In this document: positions 48,219-57,578 of the stretch, piece by piece | How positions within the stretch are numbered: the stretch's first letter is position 1 | How the letters are laid out: every line of letters starts with the position of its first letter | Assembly: GCA_017509785.1 (NCBI GenBank) | Contig: JAFWOT010000025.1 | Span: 60,394-124,393 of the forward strand | Source: Clostridia bacterium | GTDB lineage: Bacteria; Bacillota; Clostridia; Christensenellales; CAG-138 | Direction of reading: 5' to 3' | DNA length: 64,000 nucleotides | Program-made: the position numbers and the translations under genes | The notes under the pieces: model-generated | What the model saw: only the letters and a program-made list of their open reading frames with translations | Databases searched by the model: none | Told to the model about the DNA's origin: nothing

Positions 48219-50384
48219 TCACGCCCCGCCCTTGCCGAGGTACGCAAGGCAGACCATTGTCAGGTCGTCGAACTGCTCCGCCTCGCCGACGAATCCGTCG
48301 ACGCCGGCGCGGACCTTCCGCAGTATCTCCATGGGCGGATCGTCGGAGCCCGCGTTGAGGGCTTCGAGCATGCGCTCCGTTCCGAAGAGGGCGCCTTCCG
48401 TATCGGTCGCCTCGGGAACGCCGTCGGTGTAGAGGAAGAGCTTCGCGCCCGGCGCGAGAGTTATTTCGTACTCGGCGTAGCGCATGTTCTCCATTCCGCC
48501 GATGACGAAGCCGTGCTTGTCGCGGTAGAGCTCGAACCTTCCCCCGGGGGTTTTGAGAACGGGGTACTCGTGCCCCGCGTTCGCGCAGGTCAGCTTCCCC
48601 GTTGAGAGCTCGAGTATGCCGAGCCACACCGTGACGAACATCTGCTCGCGGTTGTTGGCGCAGATCTGATCGTTCACCTTTTCGAGCACGCGCGCGGGGG
48701 AAAGGCCCGTCATCGCGTAGTTCTGAACGAGTATCTTCGACCCCATCATGAAGAGCGCGGCGGGTATCCCCTTGCCGGAAACGTCCGCGATGACGACTCC
48801 GAGGTGATCGTCGTCGATCAGGAAGAAGTCGTAGAAATCGCCTCCGACCTCCTTGGCGGGATCCATCGTCGCGTATATGTCGAATTCATCCCTGTCGGGG
48901 AATGCGGGGAATATGTTCGGGAGCATATCCGCCTGTATGCGCGTGGCAAGGGAAAGCTCCGTGCTGATGCGCTCCTTTTCGGCGGTGATATCCGTGATAT
49001 CGCGGATGTATCTTTCTATCTTTCTGAAGAGGTCGTCGAAGGATTCCGCAAGGACCTCTATCTCGTCGTTCGTGCGGAAGCGATCCTGCATCTCGAAGGG
49101 CTTCCCGCTCCGCCCGCATTCGACGATGCTCTCCGTCATCTGACGGATGGGCTTTACCATCCTGTTGACGGCGAACAGGGCGCCGGCGAGCCCTATCACG
49201 AACGCGCCGAAAAGCAGTATTATGCCGAACCTGTTCGTTTTCGCGGTCTCACGGCGGAAGCTCTCGCTCGCCTCGTCGTTGATCCTGTCGTACTCCGCGA
49301 GGAGAAGCTTTTCCGCCTGCTCCGTCCTCTCCTTATCCACCACGTTGAGTACCGCCCAGCCGACCGTCGGCATGGGAGTCCCTACCATGTAATAAGCCTT
49401 CCCGCGGATCGTTACCGTGACAAGGCCGGTGGGCTCTTCAAGCGCCTTCCTCACGAAGGAGGCGAGCTCCGCGTTGCCGGACTCGCGCAGATCCGCCGCC
49501 TCGCTCTGAACGTTTATTTCGAATACGCCGCCCTTATCGGGCCCGAGTATGACCTCGCCGCGGTCGTTGACGACGTAGGCTTTGTTGCCCTCCGCGGAGT
49601 TGGCGATGAAATCGCTCACGCCGTCGAGTATAACGTCGATGCCGACGACGCCCACGGCCTCGCCGTCCGCCGTGACGGGAGCGGCGCAGGTGATGAGCAG
49701 CTCATGGGTAAAGGCGTCGACCGTGATCCCGGTGAAATACAGGTCTCCCCTCTCCATCGCGCCAACGTACCACGGCCTTTCCCTCACGGGGAAGGGGATC
49801 GGCCTGCCGGACTCATCGAGCTTGCCGGCGGATTTCTCATCTACGCAGAGATCCGTCCCGTCGCAGAGGCCGATATAGCAGCTGTCTATCTTGTCGGAAT
49901 TGCCGTGCATGGCGATCATCGGAGTGCTGAGATGGGCAATATACCCGAGATACTCCGACCGCGAAGGATCGACGCCCTCCTCGCAGAGGACGTAAGCGGA
50001 GGATACGCCGTCGAGCGCGGGATCCGGAAGCCCGACGGGGATCTGCGATAAGCTGCCCTTGTTTTCAAGCACGCCCTGCGCCATTGTCTGCAGGGTGCGG
50101 GTCCACCCGATGATCTCCGCGAAATCGTTGTCGGCAAGGTTTGCCTGAAGAGCGGTCGACGAAACGAGCGAATTCTCCACGACCTTGCGCATCGTGGCGT
50201 CGGAGGATTCGGAGATGGCCTTCTGCTGTTCGGTCCTCGTTTCCGCGACGACCTTTACGAGAGTATTATTCTGATATGCCGTAACGGCGACAAACATTGC
50301 CGCGGACAAAAGCATCACGATGACCACGAGTATGACAGCCTTCTTCTGAAGACCGCCGAACGTGATGCCCAATATTTTCTTCAC
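48219..50384 (-). CDS. Membrane sensor PP2C (SpoIIE-type) phosphatase with Cache-like extracellular domain and HAMP
   Basis: Extracytoplasmic region of about 340 aa with a Cache-like signature (PWYVGAMERGDLYFTGITVDAFTHELLITCAAPV...GVVGIDV). PP2C motifs GGDFYD, ADVSGKG, LYTDGV. Confidence 0.88.
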   Translation of the reverse strand: MKKILGITFGGLQKKAVILVVIVMLLSAAMFVAVTAYQNNTLVKVVAETRTEQQKAISESSDATMRKVVENSLVSSTALQANLADNDFAEIIGWTRTLQTMAQGVLENKGSLSQIPVGLPDPALDGVSSAYVLCEEGVDPSRSEYLGYIAHLSTPMIAMHGNSDKIDSCYIGLCDGTDLCVDEKSAGKLDESGRPIPFPVRERPWYVGAMERGDLYFTGITVDAFTHELLITCAAPVTADGEAVGVVGIDVILDGVSDFIANSAEGNKAYVVNDRGEVILGPDKGGVFEINVQSEAADLRESGNAELASFVRKALEEPTGLVTVTIRGKAYYMVGTPMPTVGWAVLNVVDKERTEQAEKLLLAEYDRINDEASESFRRETAKTNRFGIILLFGAFVIGLAGALFAVNRMVKPIRQMTESIVECGRSGKPFEMQDRFRTNDEIEVLAESFDDLFRKIERYIRDITDITAEKERISTELSLATRIQADMLPNIFPAFPDRDEFDIYATMDPAKEVGGDFYDFFLIDDDHLGVVIADVSGKGIPAALFMMGSKILVQNYAMTGLSPARVLEKVNDQICANNREQMFVTVWLGILELSTGKLTCANAGHEYPVLKTPGGRFELYRDKHGFVIGGMENMRYAEYEITLAPGAKLFLYTDGVPEATDTEGALFGTERMLEALNAGSDDPPMEILRKVRAGVDGFVGEAEQFDDLTMVCLAYLGKGGA

Positions 50385-50570
50385 CCGGTTCCCCTCCGTT
50401 CACAATTGCGTCGGCGCCGCTTTCGCATACAACCGTACAGTTTATTATATCATAAACAAACGCGGTACTCAACCCGCGAAAGCCCCTTTTCGCAAAAAAG
50501 CCTCGTCCGCGCGAACGGACGAGGCTGCAAAGCCATGTGGTATTCCGTTTCTTCGGGAGGCCTTCTCCGG

Positions 50571-51308
50571 TTATCCGTTTTGCTGCCCGCCGCTTCGGTG
50601 GGACTCGCCCGCTTCGGCAACCGTTTTATCGAGCACGCTGCCCGTCAGCGGGTCGATCCTGTAGGAATACTTCATTCCCTCAAAGCGGAAGCTCACCTTA
50701 TAGAAGGTCGTCCCGTCCTTATCGGAGACTCTCGCTCTGAGCTTTTCGACCGCTTCAGCGGTCAGCCCGGCGTCTTCGAGGGCGGCCTGCTTCGCGGCGT
50801 CCCGGCCAATGGCGTTCTCGGGCTCCTCGGCTTCGGAGGGTCTTGCGTGTCTGCCTCCGCGGGCCTCCTCTTCGCCGGCTTCTGTCACGGTCTTCTTGAG
50901 CACCTCCCCGCTCAGCGGGTCGATCCTGTAGGAATACTTCATCCCCTCAAAGCGGAAGCTCACCTTATAGAAGGTCGTCCCGTCCTTATCGGAAACTCTC
51001 GCTCTGAGCTTCCCGACCGCGTCCGCGGTCAGCCCCGCTTCATTGAGGGCGGCCTGCTTCGCGGCGTCCTTGCCTATGGCGTTCTCGGGCTCCTCCGCCT
51101 CGGCGGGTCTTTCGTGCCTGCCGTGGGAGTCTCTCTGCTCCGTCGTTCTTTCGGTGTTCGTGTCTTCGGCAGGCGCGGCCGAAACCGTACCCCCGTCTGT
51201 TTCGGTCGTCGGGAGAGCGTCCCTTTCAGCCAGCGCCGCCGTGAAGAGCGCGGACGCCGTCAGCCCGAGGCAGATGAGCGCCGCTGCGATCCTCTTTGCG
51301 TTTTTCAT
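50571..51308 (-). CDS. Secreted protein with two PepSY domains
   Basis: ATG at 51308 after AAGGAG, with a signal peptide. Duplicated IGKDAAKQAAL...VSDKDGTTFYKVSFRFEGMKYSYRIDPL(S/T)G. Confidence 0.8.
   Translation of the reverse strand: MKNAKRIAAALICLGLTASALFTAALAERDALPTTETDGGTVSAAPAEDTNTERTTEQRDSHGRHERPAEAEEPENAIGKDAAKQAALNEAGLTADAVGKLRARVSDKDGTTFYKVSFRFEGMKYSYRIDPLSGEVLKKTVTEAGEEEARGGRHARPSEAEEPENAIGRDAAKQAALEDAGLTAEAVEKLRARVSDKDGTTFYKVSFRFEGMKYSYRIDPLTGSVLDKTVAEAGESHRSGGQQNG
50645..50840. repeat. Intragenic direct repeat, copy A (PepSY unit)
   Basis: About 196 bp, roughly 90% identical by eye to 50912-51107 at a 267-bp period. Confidence 0.8.
50912..51107. repeat. Intragenic direct repeat, copy B (PepSY unit)
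   Basis: Matches 50645-50840 (TCAGCGGGTCGATCCTGTAGGAATACTTCAT...). Confidence 0.8.
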
Positions 51309-51523
51309 ACATTTCACTCCTTTTCGTTTATTTGCGGTTCTTCCCGCTGACATAAGTATAAACGGAGCGCCCGTCGCCGTTCCCCGAAAACCCATCGCGG
51401 GTCTTACGAAAAACATACGAAAGGCTTCGTGTGCTTTGCCGCTTTTTTCAGCCGCTTTCATCATTGAAATCACGCGCGAAAGCTGATAGAATAAACCCAA
51501 CGAAATCATAGCGGAGGCTGAAA

Positions 51524-52222
51524 ATGGAGCCGGAAAAGAAACGCATCTATATAGCGGACGACGATGACAGCATAAGGCAGGTCATAAGGACCTTCCTCGT
51601 GAACGACGGCTGCGAAACTGAGGACTTCCCCACCGGGGACGCCCTTTATGAAAGATTCGAGGAGTCGCCCTGCGATCTCGTGATACTCGACGTAATGATG
51701 CCGGGCTCCGACGGCTTTGCCATACTCACGAAGCTTCGCAGGATAAGCACCGTTCCCGTCATAATGCTGACGGCGCGGGATTCCGAAAACGATCTTGCGA
51801 TGGGTCTGGGGCTCGGCAGCGACGATTACATCACGAAGCCCTTCTCCGCGATGGCGCTCCTCATGCGCGTGCGGGCGATATTCAGAAGGATAGAGTTCGA
51901 AAGCGCGAAGTTCAGGCCCGCGCGGCCCGAAACGCGTTTCGGGAGGCTGAGCCTCGACGAAGCTTCGCGCAGCATACTCCTCGACAACGAGGCGCTCCCC
52001 CTCACGCCCACCGAATACGGAGTGCTGAGGGATCTCATGCTGCACCCGGGCGAAGCGGTCTCGAGGGAGGATCTGCTCAACCGCGTCTGGGGCTTTGATT
52101 CATACGTCGAGACCCGCGCGACGGACGATACCGTCAGGCGTCTCAGGCAGAAGCTCGCGGGGAGCGGCGTCAGGATATCCGCCGTCTGGGGCTACGGATT
52201 CAAGCTGGAGGACGGGCAATGA
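51524..52222 (+). CDS. OmpR-family response regulator
   Basis: Receiver domain (DLVILDVMMPGSDG) plus a winged-helix output (LTPTEYGVLRDLM...VWGY). Confidence 0.92.
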   Translation: MEPEKKRIYIADDDDSIRQVIRTFLVNDGCETEDFPTGDALYERFEESPCDLVILDVMMPGSDGFAILTKLRRISTVPVIMLTARDSENDLAMGLGLGSDDYITKPFSAMALLMRVRAIFRRIEFESAKFRPARPETRFGRLSLDEASRSILLDNEALPLTPTEYGVLRDLMLHPGEAVSREDLLNRVWGFDSYVETRATDDTVRRLRQKLAGSGVRISAVWGYGFKLEDGQ

Positions 52223-53556
52223 AGAAGAAGCGGCTTAAAACCAAACTGCTCGCCGCGCTCGTCGGCGTCACCTGCGCGGCGCTCGTCGTCGTTGCGCTCG
52301 CCTTCAATCTGACCGTTCGGGGCTATATCAAGGCGCGTGTGAATTCACAGCTCGAATCGATATCCTCCTCCGTTTCCGACGGGCGGAAGGACGGCCGCGG
52401 GAGCCTCTCCTTCGACGACCGTCCCGACAAGGCCACGGGCGCGCGCGGAAGCGCCCTCATACTCAGCTCGGAGGGCGAGCTCATAGTGGTGCTTCAGGGC
52501 GACGAGGACGCCGCCGGGTTCATCGCGGAGAGCTACAGCTCCGGCAAGCTCAAGCCCGGGGGCAGGTACACCACGCTGAAGTCCGGCGACGGCGTATACG
52601 CCGTGACCCTTTCGGAGGATACCTTCCTTAAAAACGCGTATATCGCCTCGTTCATAGACATCACCGCCATCTCGGGGCTCGCCTCGCGCATGAATATAAT
52701 ACTGACGGCCGTCATTTTGGCGGCGATAATACTCTGCGTCATATTGAGCCGCGTGTTCGCGAAGCAGCTCGCCAAGCCCGTGCAGAGCCTTTCGGATTAC
52801 GCGAGGGATATAGGCGGGGGCGACCTCGAGCCGAGGAATATGGATTTCAGCGAGGAGGAGTTTTCGGGGCTTGCGGATTCGATGAACAGGATGGCCGCGG
52901 CGCTGAAGGAATCGAAGAGCCGTCAGGAGGTGTTCTTCCAGAACGTTTCCCATGAGCTGCGCACGCCGCTGACCTCCATCCGCGGGAACGCGGAGGGCAT
53001 AGTTTACGGTGTGATGGAGCCGAAAGCCGCCGGGCAGACGATCATACGCGAATCCGAAAGGCTCACCTCCATGGTGGAGGACATCCTCTATATTTCGCGC
53101 ATCGAAAGGACGGGCGGCGCGGAGAACGCCGAGCCGATCGACCTGAGGGACGTGCTCTCCCTCTGCGTTTCCGAACAGAGGGCGGAGGCGCAGGGCCGCG
53201 GGCTGGAATTCGTATTCGACTTTGACGACGAACCGGCCATGGCGCGCATACCCGAAAAGGACGCCGAGCGCATATTCGGCAATATCATCTCAAACGCGAT
53301 ACGCTACGCCAACGGGACGATAAGCCTTTCCTGCCGCAATACCGAAAACACCGTCACGATCCGCATCCGCGACGACGGCCCGGGCATACCCGAAAAGGAT
53401 CTTCCGCACATATTCGAGCGATTCTACAAGGGCGAAGGCGGCAAGCACGGGATAGGCCTTTCCATAGCAAAGGAAGCGGCGGCCTCCTACGGCGGCAGTC
53501 TTACCGCGGAAAACGGACCCGGAGCCGTGTTCACGGCGGTGTTCCCGGGAGCATAG
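52219..53556 (+). CDS. Sensor histidine kinase (HAMP-HisKA-HATPase)
   Basis: Two TM helices, H-box SHELRTPLTSI, N and G boxes (NAIRYA; DDGPGI; GIGLSI). ATGA overlap with the response regulator gene. Confidence 0.9.
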   Translation: MKKKRLKTKLLAALVGVTCAALVVVALAFNLTVRGYIKARVNSQLESISSSVSDGRKDGRGSLSFDDRPDKATGARGSALILSSEGELIVVLQGDEDAAGFIAESYSSGKLKPGGRYTTLKSGDGVYAVTLSEDTFLKNAYIASFIDITAISGLASRMNIILTAVILAAIILCVILSRVFAKQLAKPVQSLSDYARDIGGGDLEPRNMDFSEEEFSGLADSMNRMAAALKESKSRQEVFFQNVSHELRTPLTSIRGNAEGIVYGVMEPKAAGQTIIRESERLTSMVEDILYISRIERTGGAENAEPIDLRDVLSLCVSEQRAEAQGRGLEFVFDFDDEPAMARIPEKDAERIFGNIISNAIRYANGTISLSCRNTENTVTIRIRDDGPGIPEKDLPHIFERFYKGEGGKHGIGLSIAKEAAASYGGSLTAENGPGAVFTAVFPGA

Positions 53557-53700
53557 AATATTAAGCGCAATGAACGGGCCTCGGCATGAAGTCGGGGCTC
53601 TTTTCGTATGTTTTGCGTATTTTTCGCCTCTCTTTTTCGGAGAAGAAGCCCTTCGATCCGGCTATAATGGGCACATGAAAAGAAACAGGAGGTGTTCAAA

Positions 53701-54987
53701 ATGAAACACGGGAACAAAAAGCTCCTTCCCCTTATTTGCGCGTTGGCGGCGATGCTGTCGATGCTGACCCTCACCGCCTGCGGCAGCGCCGGCGCAAACA
53801 CGGCGGCGATCCTCCCGGCGGCGCAGAACGCATCCGACGGAAGCGCGGTCTCGGCGGTCTCGCTGGCGGCCTCTTCCGACACGGACTCCGTCACCGAAGA
53901 CGCCTTCTCGTCCGCAGATCTCTCCGGCGAGTACGACGGGAACGGCGCGGTCACGATAGACCTCGGCGAGGCGGAAGGCTCCGACATCGTCATATCCGAA
54001 GCGGGGACTTACATAATAAGCGGCGTTCTTTCAAACGGCAGCGTCATAGTCGACGCCTCCGGTGAGGATAAGATCCAACTCGTACTGAACGGAGCCGAGA
54101 TCAGCTCCGACACGTACGCGGCGATATACGTAAAGCAGGCCGACAAGGTATTCATCACGCTTGCCGAAGGCACGCAGAACAGCCTCGCAAACGGCGGCTC
54201 CTTCGTGCAGAGGGACGACAACAACGTCGACGGTACGATATTCTCAAAGGACGATCTCACGATCAACGGCTCCGGGACGCTGACTATAACCTCGCCCGCG
54301 GAGCACGGCATAGTCTGCAAGGATGAGCTCGTCATCACCGGCGGCGTCATCAATATCACGGCAGGCGCTCACGCGATACAGGCGAAGGACAGCATCGCTG
54401 TATCGGACGGCAGCATCAACATACGCGCCGGCAAGGACGGCCTCCACGCCGAAAACGACGAGGACGACTCCCTCGGGACCGTTCTCATCACGGGCGGGAG
54501 CATCACGATCGACGCCGGCGACGACGCGATACACGCGGTATCCCTTCTCCGCATAGACGGAGGCGTCTTCGATCTCACTGCCGCCGAGGGCCTTGAAGCG
54601 ACGTACGTTCTGATCAACGACGGCGAGATGACCATCTCCGCTTCGGACGACGGCGTCAACGCGGCGGCAAAGTCCGCGGCCTACGCTCCCACCGTTGAGA
54701 TCAACGGCGGCAGCCTCAATATCACGATGGGCGCCGGCGACACCGACGCGATAGATTCGAACGGCGGCCTCATCATAACGGGAGGCACGATCGACATGAC
54801 CGGCTCCGGCTTCGATTTCGACGGCGCCGTCTCATTCACCGGAGGGACCGTCATACTGAACGGCCGTCAGCTCAGCGAGATCTCCAACAGCATGCAGGGC
54901 GGCATGGGCGGCTTCGGCGGCGGACAGAGCTTCGGCGGCGGACAAAGCTTCGGCGGCGGGCACGGCTTCGGCGGCGGACGCCCCTGA
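53701..54987 (+). CDS. Beta-helix lipoprotein of the Cthe_2159-like carbohydrate-binding family, with a Gly-rich tail
   Basis: ATG at 53701 lies 8 nt after GGAGG. Lipobox LTACGS. Repetitive (I/V)xxDG...I(T/N) turns. C-terminus GGFGGGQSFGGGQSFGGGHGFGGGRP. Family call from memory. Confidence 0.65.
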   Translation: MKHGNKKLLPLICALAAMLSMLTLTACGSAGANTAAILPAAQNASDGSAVSAVSLAASSDTDSVTEDAFSSADLSGEYDGNGAVTIDLGEAEGSDIVISEAGTYIISGVLSNGSVIVDASGEDKIQLVLNGAEISSDTYAAIYVKQADKVFITLAEGTQNSLANGGSFVQRDDNNVDGTIFSKDDLTINGSGTLTITSPAEHGIVCKDELVITGGVINITAGAHAIQAKDSIAVSDGSINIRAGKDGLHAENDEDDSLGTVLITGGSITIDAGDDAIHAVSLLRIDGGVFDLTAAEGLEATYVLINDGEMTISASDDGVNAAAKSAAYAPTVEINGGSLNITMGAGDTDAIDSNGGLIITGGTIDMTGSGFDFDGAVSFTGGTVILNGRQLSEISNSMQGGMGGFGGGQSFGGGQSFGGGHGFGGGRP

Positions 54988-55031
54988 CGGGGATCGACTT
55001 ATAACGGATAAAAGCAAAGGAGGAAAAACTC

Positions 55032-56384
55032 ATGTACGGTTACGATCAGGACAGGCAATACACTCAGGTAAACGGCATTGAATGCGAAAGGAAGAGCGCC
55101 CCCGCGAAGAAGCGCGGCAAGGGCGGAAAGTTCCTCTCCGTACTGCTCTGCGGCCTCATATTCGGGGCCGCGGCAGCCGGGGCCTTCAAGGGAACGAGTA
55201 TGCTCTTCGACGGCAATGACGGGGCTCAAACGGCCGTCTCGGCCTCGGAGGAGAGCTCATCGGAAGCCCGGGAGCAGAGCGCGCTCGCCAATATCACGAC
55301 CGCTTCCTACACCTCCGCGGCCTCGACCTCCTCACGGACGCTTGACGTCACCGGGATCGCCGAGAGCGCGATGCCCTCGATGGTGGCGATCACCAACGTC
55401 AGCGTGCAGGAGGTCAGGAACCTGTTCGGCTTCTTCGGAAACGGCGGGACGCAGACGCGGGAATCCGAAAGCCGAGGCACGGGCATCATAATAGGGAAAA
55501 ACGAAAGCGAGCTCCTGATAGTCACGAACAACCACGTCGTCGAGGACTCGGAAACGCTGACGGTCTGCTTCGTTGACAACGAGGCCTGCGAGGCCGAAAT
55601 AAAGGGGCTCGACCCGGATAACGACCTCGCGGTGATCGCGGTGAAGCTCTCGGATATAAAGGCCGAAACCGCCGCTGCGATAAGCATCGCCGTGCTCGGA
55701 GATTCCGATTCGCTGAAGGTCGGTCAGCAGGTGGTTGCGATAGGCAACGCGCTTGGGTACGGTCAGTCGGTCACGACCGGGATCGTGAGCGCGCTCGGCC
55801 GCAGCATCGACACGGCCGAAGCCAAGATGATCCAGACCGACGCCGCGATCAACCCCGGCAATTCCGGAGGCGCGCTGCTCAACATGAGCGGCGAGGTGAT
55901 CGGCATCAACTCCGCCAAGTTCAGCTCCACCGAGGTCGAGGGCATGGGCTACGCGATCTCCATCACCGACGCGCTCCCCATCATCGAGGAGCTGACTTCC
56001 CGCACCACCCGTGAGAAGGTCGCAGAGGAAAACGCATCGTGGCTCGGCGTCGATGGCGAGGATATCACTTCCGCAGTCTCCTCCGCCTACGGAATACCGC
56101 AGGGCATATACCTGACCTCGATCGACAGCGAGAGCCCTCTTCGCGGGCTCGGCGTCACAGTCAAGAGCGTCATCACCCATTTTGACGGCGTTCGCGTGAC
56201 GAGCCTCGAAAACCTCGAAAACAGGCTCAAATACTACGCCGCCGGCGAGACCGTCGAGCTCACCCTGCAGGCGGCAGAGGGCGACGGATACGTCGAAAGG
56301 ACGGTCGAGGTCACCCTCGGAAGAGCTTCGGAGCATACCGCCAGCGAAAGCGGCTTCGGATACGGCCCCTTCGGCGGAAGATAA
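55032..56384 (+). CDS. htrA: HtrA/DegP-type S1C serine protease with PDZ domain
   Basis: TM anchor, catalytic context TNNHVV...DLAV...GNSGGAL, and a C-terminal PDZ-like region. Confidence 0.9.
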   Translation: MYGYDQDRQYTQVNGIECERKSAPAKKRGKGGKFLSVLLCGLIFGAAAAGAFKGTSMLFDGNDGAQTAVSASEESSSEAREQSALANITTASYTSAASTSSRTLDVTGIAESAMPSMVAITNVSVQEVRNLFGFFGNGGTQTRESESRGTGIIIGKNESELLIVTNNHVVEDSETLTVCFVDNEACEAEIKGLDPDNDLAVIAVKLSDIKAETAAAISIAVLGDSDSLKVGQQVVAIGNALGYGQSVTTGIVSALGRSIDTAEAKMIQTDAAINPGNSGGALLNMSGEVIGINSAKFSSTEVEGMGYAISITDALPIIEELTSRTTREKVAEENASWLGVDGEDITSAVSSAYGIPQGIYLTSIDSESPLRGLGVTVKSVITHFDGVRVTSLENLENRLKYYAAGETVELTLQAAEGDGYVERTVEVTLGRASEHTASESGFGYGPFGGR

Positions 56385-56500
56385 AAGGACCGATACGCCC
56401 CGGGCTCACGCTCCGGAGGCTCGAACCCCGGGTAAAGGGGCTGTTGCACTAACCCCCGGCAAAGGCAAGACCGGGCAACCCTTGCGGGCTACCCGGTTCA

Positions 56501-56536
56501 GACCGCTGACAAGCCCATGTCAGCGGTCATTTTTTG
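56501..56536 (+). terminator. Intrinsic terminator downstream of htrA
   Basis: GACCGCTGACA-agccca-TGTCAGCGGTC followed by ATTTTTTG. Confidence 0.75.
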
Positions 56537-56609
56537 TGTAAAGAGCTGGAAAAAGGAGTCGGGATATGGTATAATAGAAGCAGAAAAAAGCTAAGGGAAT
56601 AAAGGAAAA

Positions 56610-56771
56610 ATGCTGATAGAAAAGGAAGCGAATCAGGGCAGGCTTGAGCTTGTGAACATAGAGGATCTCGTTCCCGCGGATCATCTGTTGAGGAAGATAG
56701 ACAAGTACATAGATCTCTCGTTCATTAACGATATGTGCAGGCCGTATTACTGCTTATGTTGGGTATCGTAA
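56610..56771 (+). mobile_element. Truncated transposase N-terminal fragment (IS5/IS1182-type DUF772 region)
   Basis: The 53-codon ORF MLIEKEANQGRLELVNIEDLVPADHLLRKIDKYIDLSFINDMCRPYYC... matches the conserved LVPxDHLLRKID...F(I/V) start of these transposases, then stops. No remainder of the element is seen. Confidence 0.55.
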
Positions 56772-56846
56772 AGACCTTCCCTTTTTCGAAAAGCTTCATT
56801 ATCTTCACCTTTAAAAATGCATATCGGGCGCAGACCTTTTACGCTC

Positions 56847-56884
56847 TTGACGACATGGCATGTTGACGTTATAATTGTAACGTC
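56847..56884 (+). promoter_or_regulatory. Promoter with an overlapping palindromic operator upstream of the TetR gene
   Basis: TTGACG (56847-56852), 17-nt spacer, TATAAT (56870-56875). The inverted repeat GACGTTA-taattg-TAACGTC (56865-56884) spans the -10. Confidence 0.5.
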
Positions 56885-56986
56885 GTTTCGATTATAGCGG
56901 CTTGGAAACAAATTGTCAATATTCGCGGGACGGCTGTAACGAAAACGGGCGATACCGTAACGCCGTGACAAAAAGGTGGTAATTAT

Positions 56987-57547
56987 ATGAACGAGCTTGA
57001 ACGAATGAATATTTTGCGCCTCTCCAACGCGGAGGCAAACAAGATAACGAGGGACTGCATGAAGTCCGCCCTCGTTAAGCTTTTGAATGAAAAGGATCTT
57101 CCCCGGATATCCGTCACGGAGATCGTGACGGCGGCCGGGGTCTCGAGGACCGCATTCTACCGTAATTATACTTCAAAGGAGGAACTGCTGGAGGACGTCA
57201 TAGCCTCGGTAAAGGAGCTCCTTTCAAAGGTGTTCTTGCTGTGGAGATCGGCCGAGACGCCCGGGGAGAAAAAGGCGTGGATGACCCGGGCCTTTACCGA
57301 AGCGGGGAATAACAGCGTGGAGCTCGGCTGGCTAATAGATATCGGGCATCCTCTGCTGACGGACGAGCAGATGGACTCCATCATAGGCGACGAGCACCCC
57401 GCCTCCGCCTACATGAATACGGCCTGCATCTCCGCAATATTTTCGATAATCCGAAGGTGGATAAAGGGCGGCAAAAAGGAGCCTCCCGAAAGCATGGCTT
57501 CGCTCTGCTGCGGCATCATAGCCGGCATAAGGGAGGGACAGGCATGA
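56987..57547 (+). CDS. TetR/AcrR family transcriptional regulator
   Basis: HTH ISVTEIVTAAGVSRTAFYRNYTSKEEL. Confidence 0.88.
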   Translation: MNELERMNILRLSNAEANKITRDCMKSALVKLLNEKDLPRISVTEIVTAAGVSRTAFYRNYTSKEELLEDVIASVKELLSKVFLLWRSAETPGEKKAWMTRAFTEAGNNSVELGWLIDIGHPLLTDEQMDSIIGDEHPASAYMNTACISAIFSIIRRWIKGGKKEPPESMASLCCGIIAGIREGQA

Positions 57548-57578
57548 AATACGTTATCGTTTCAACGGAGGCAGCGCT

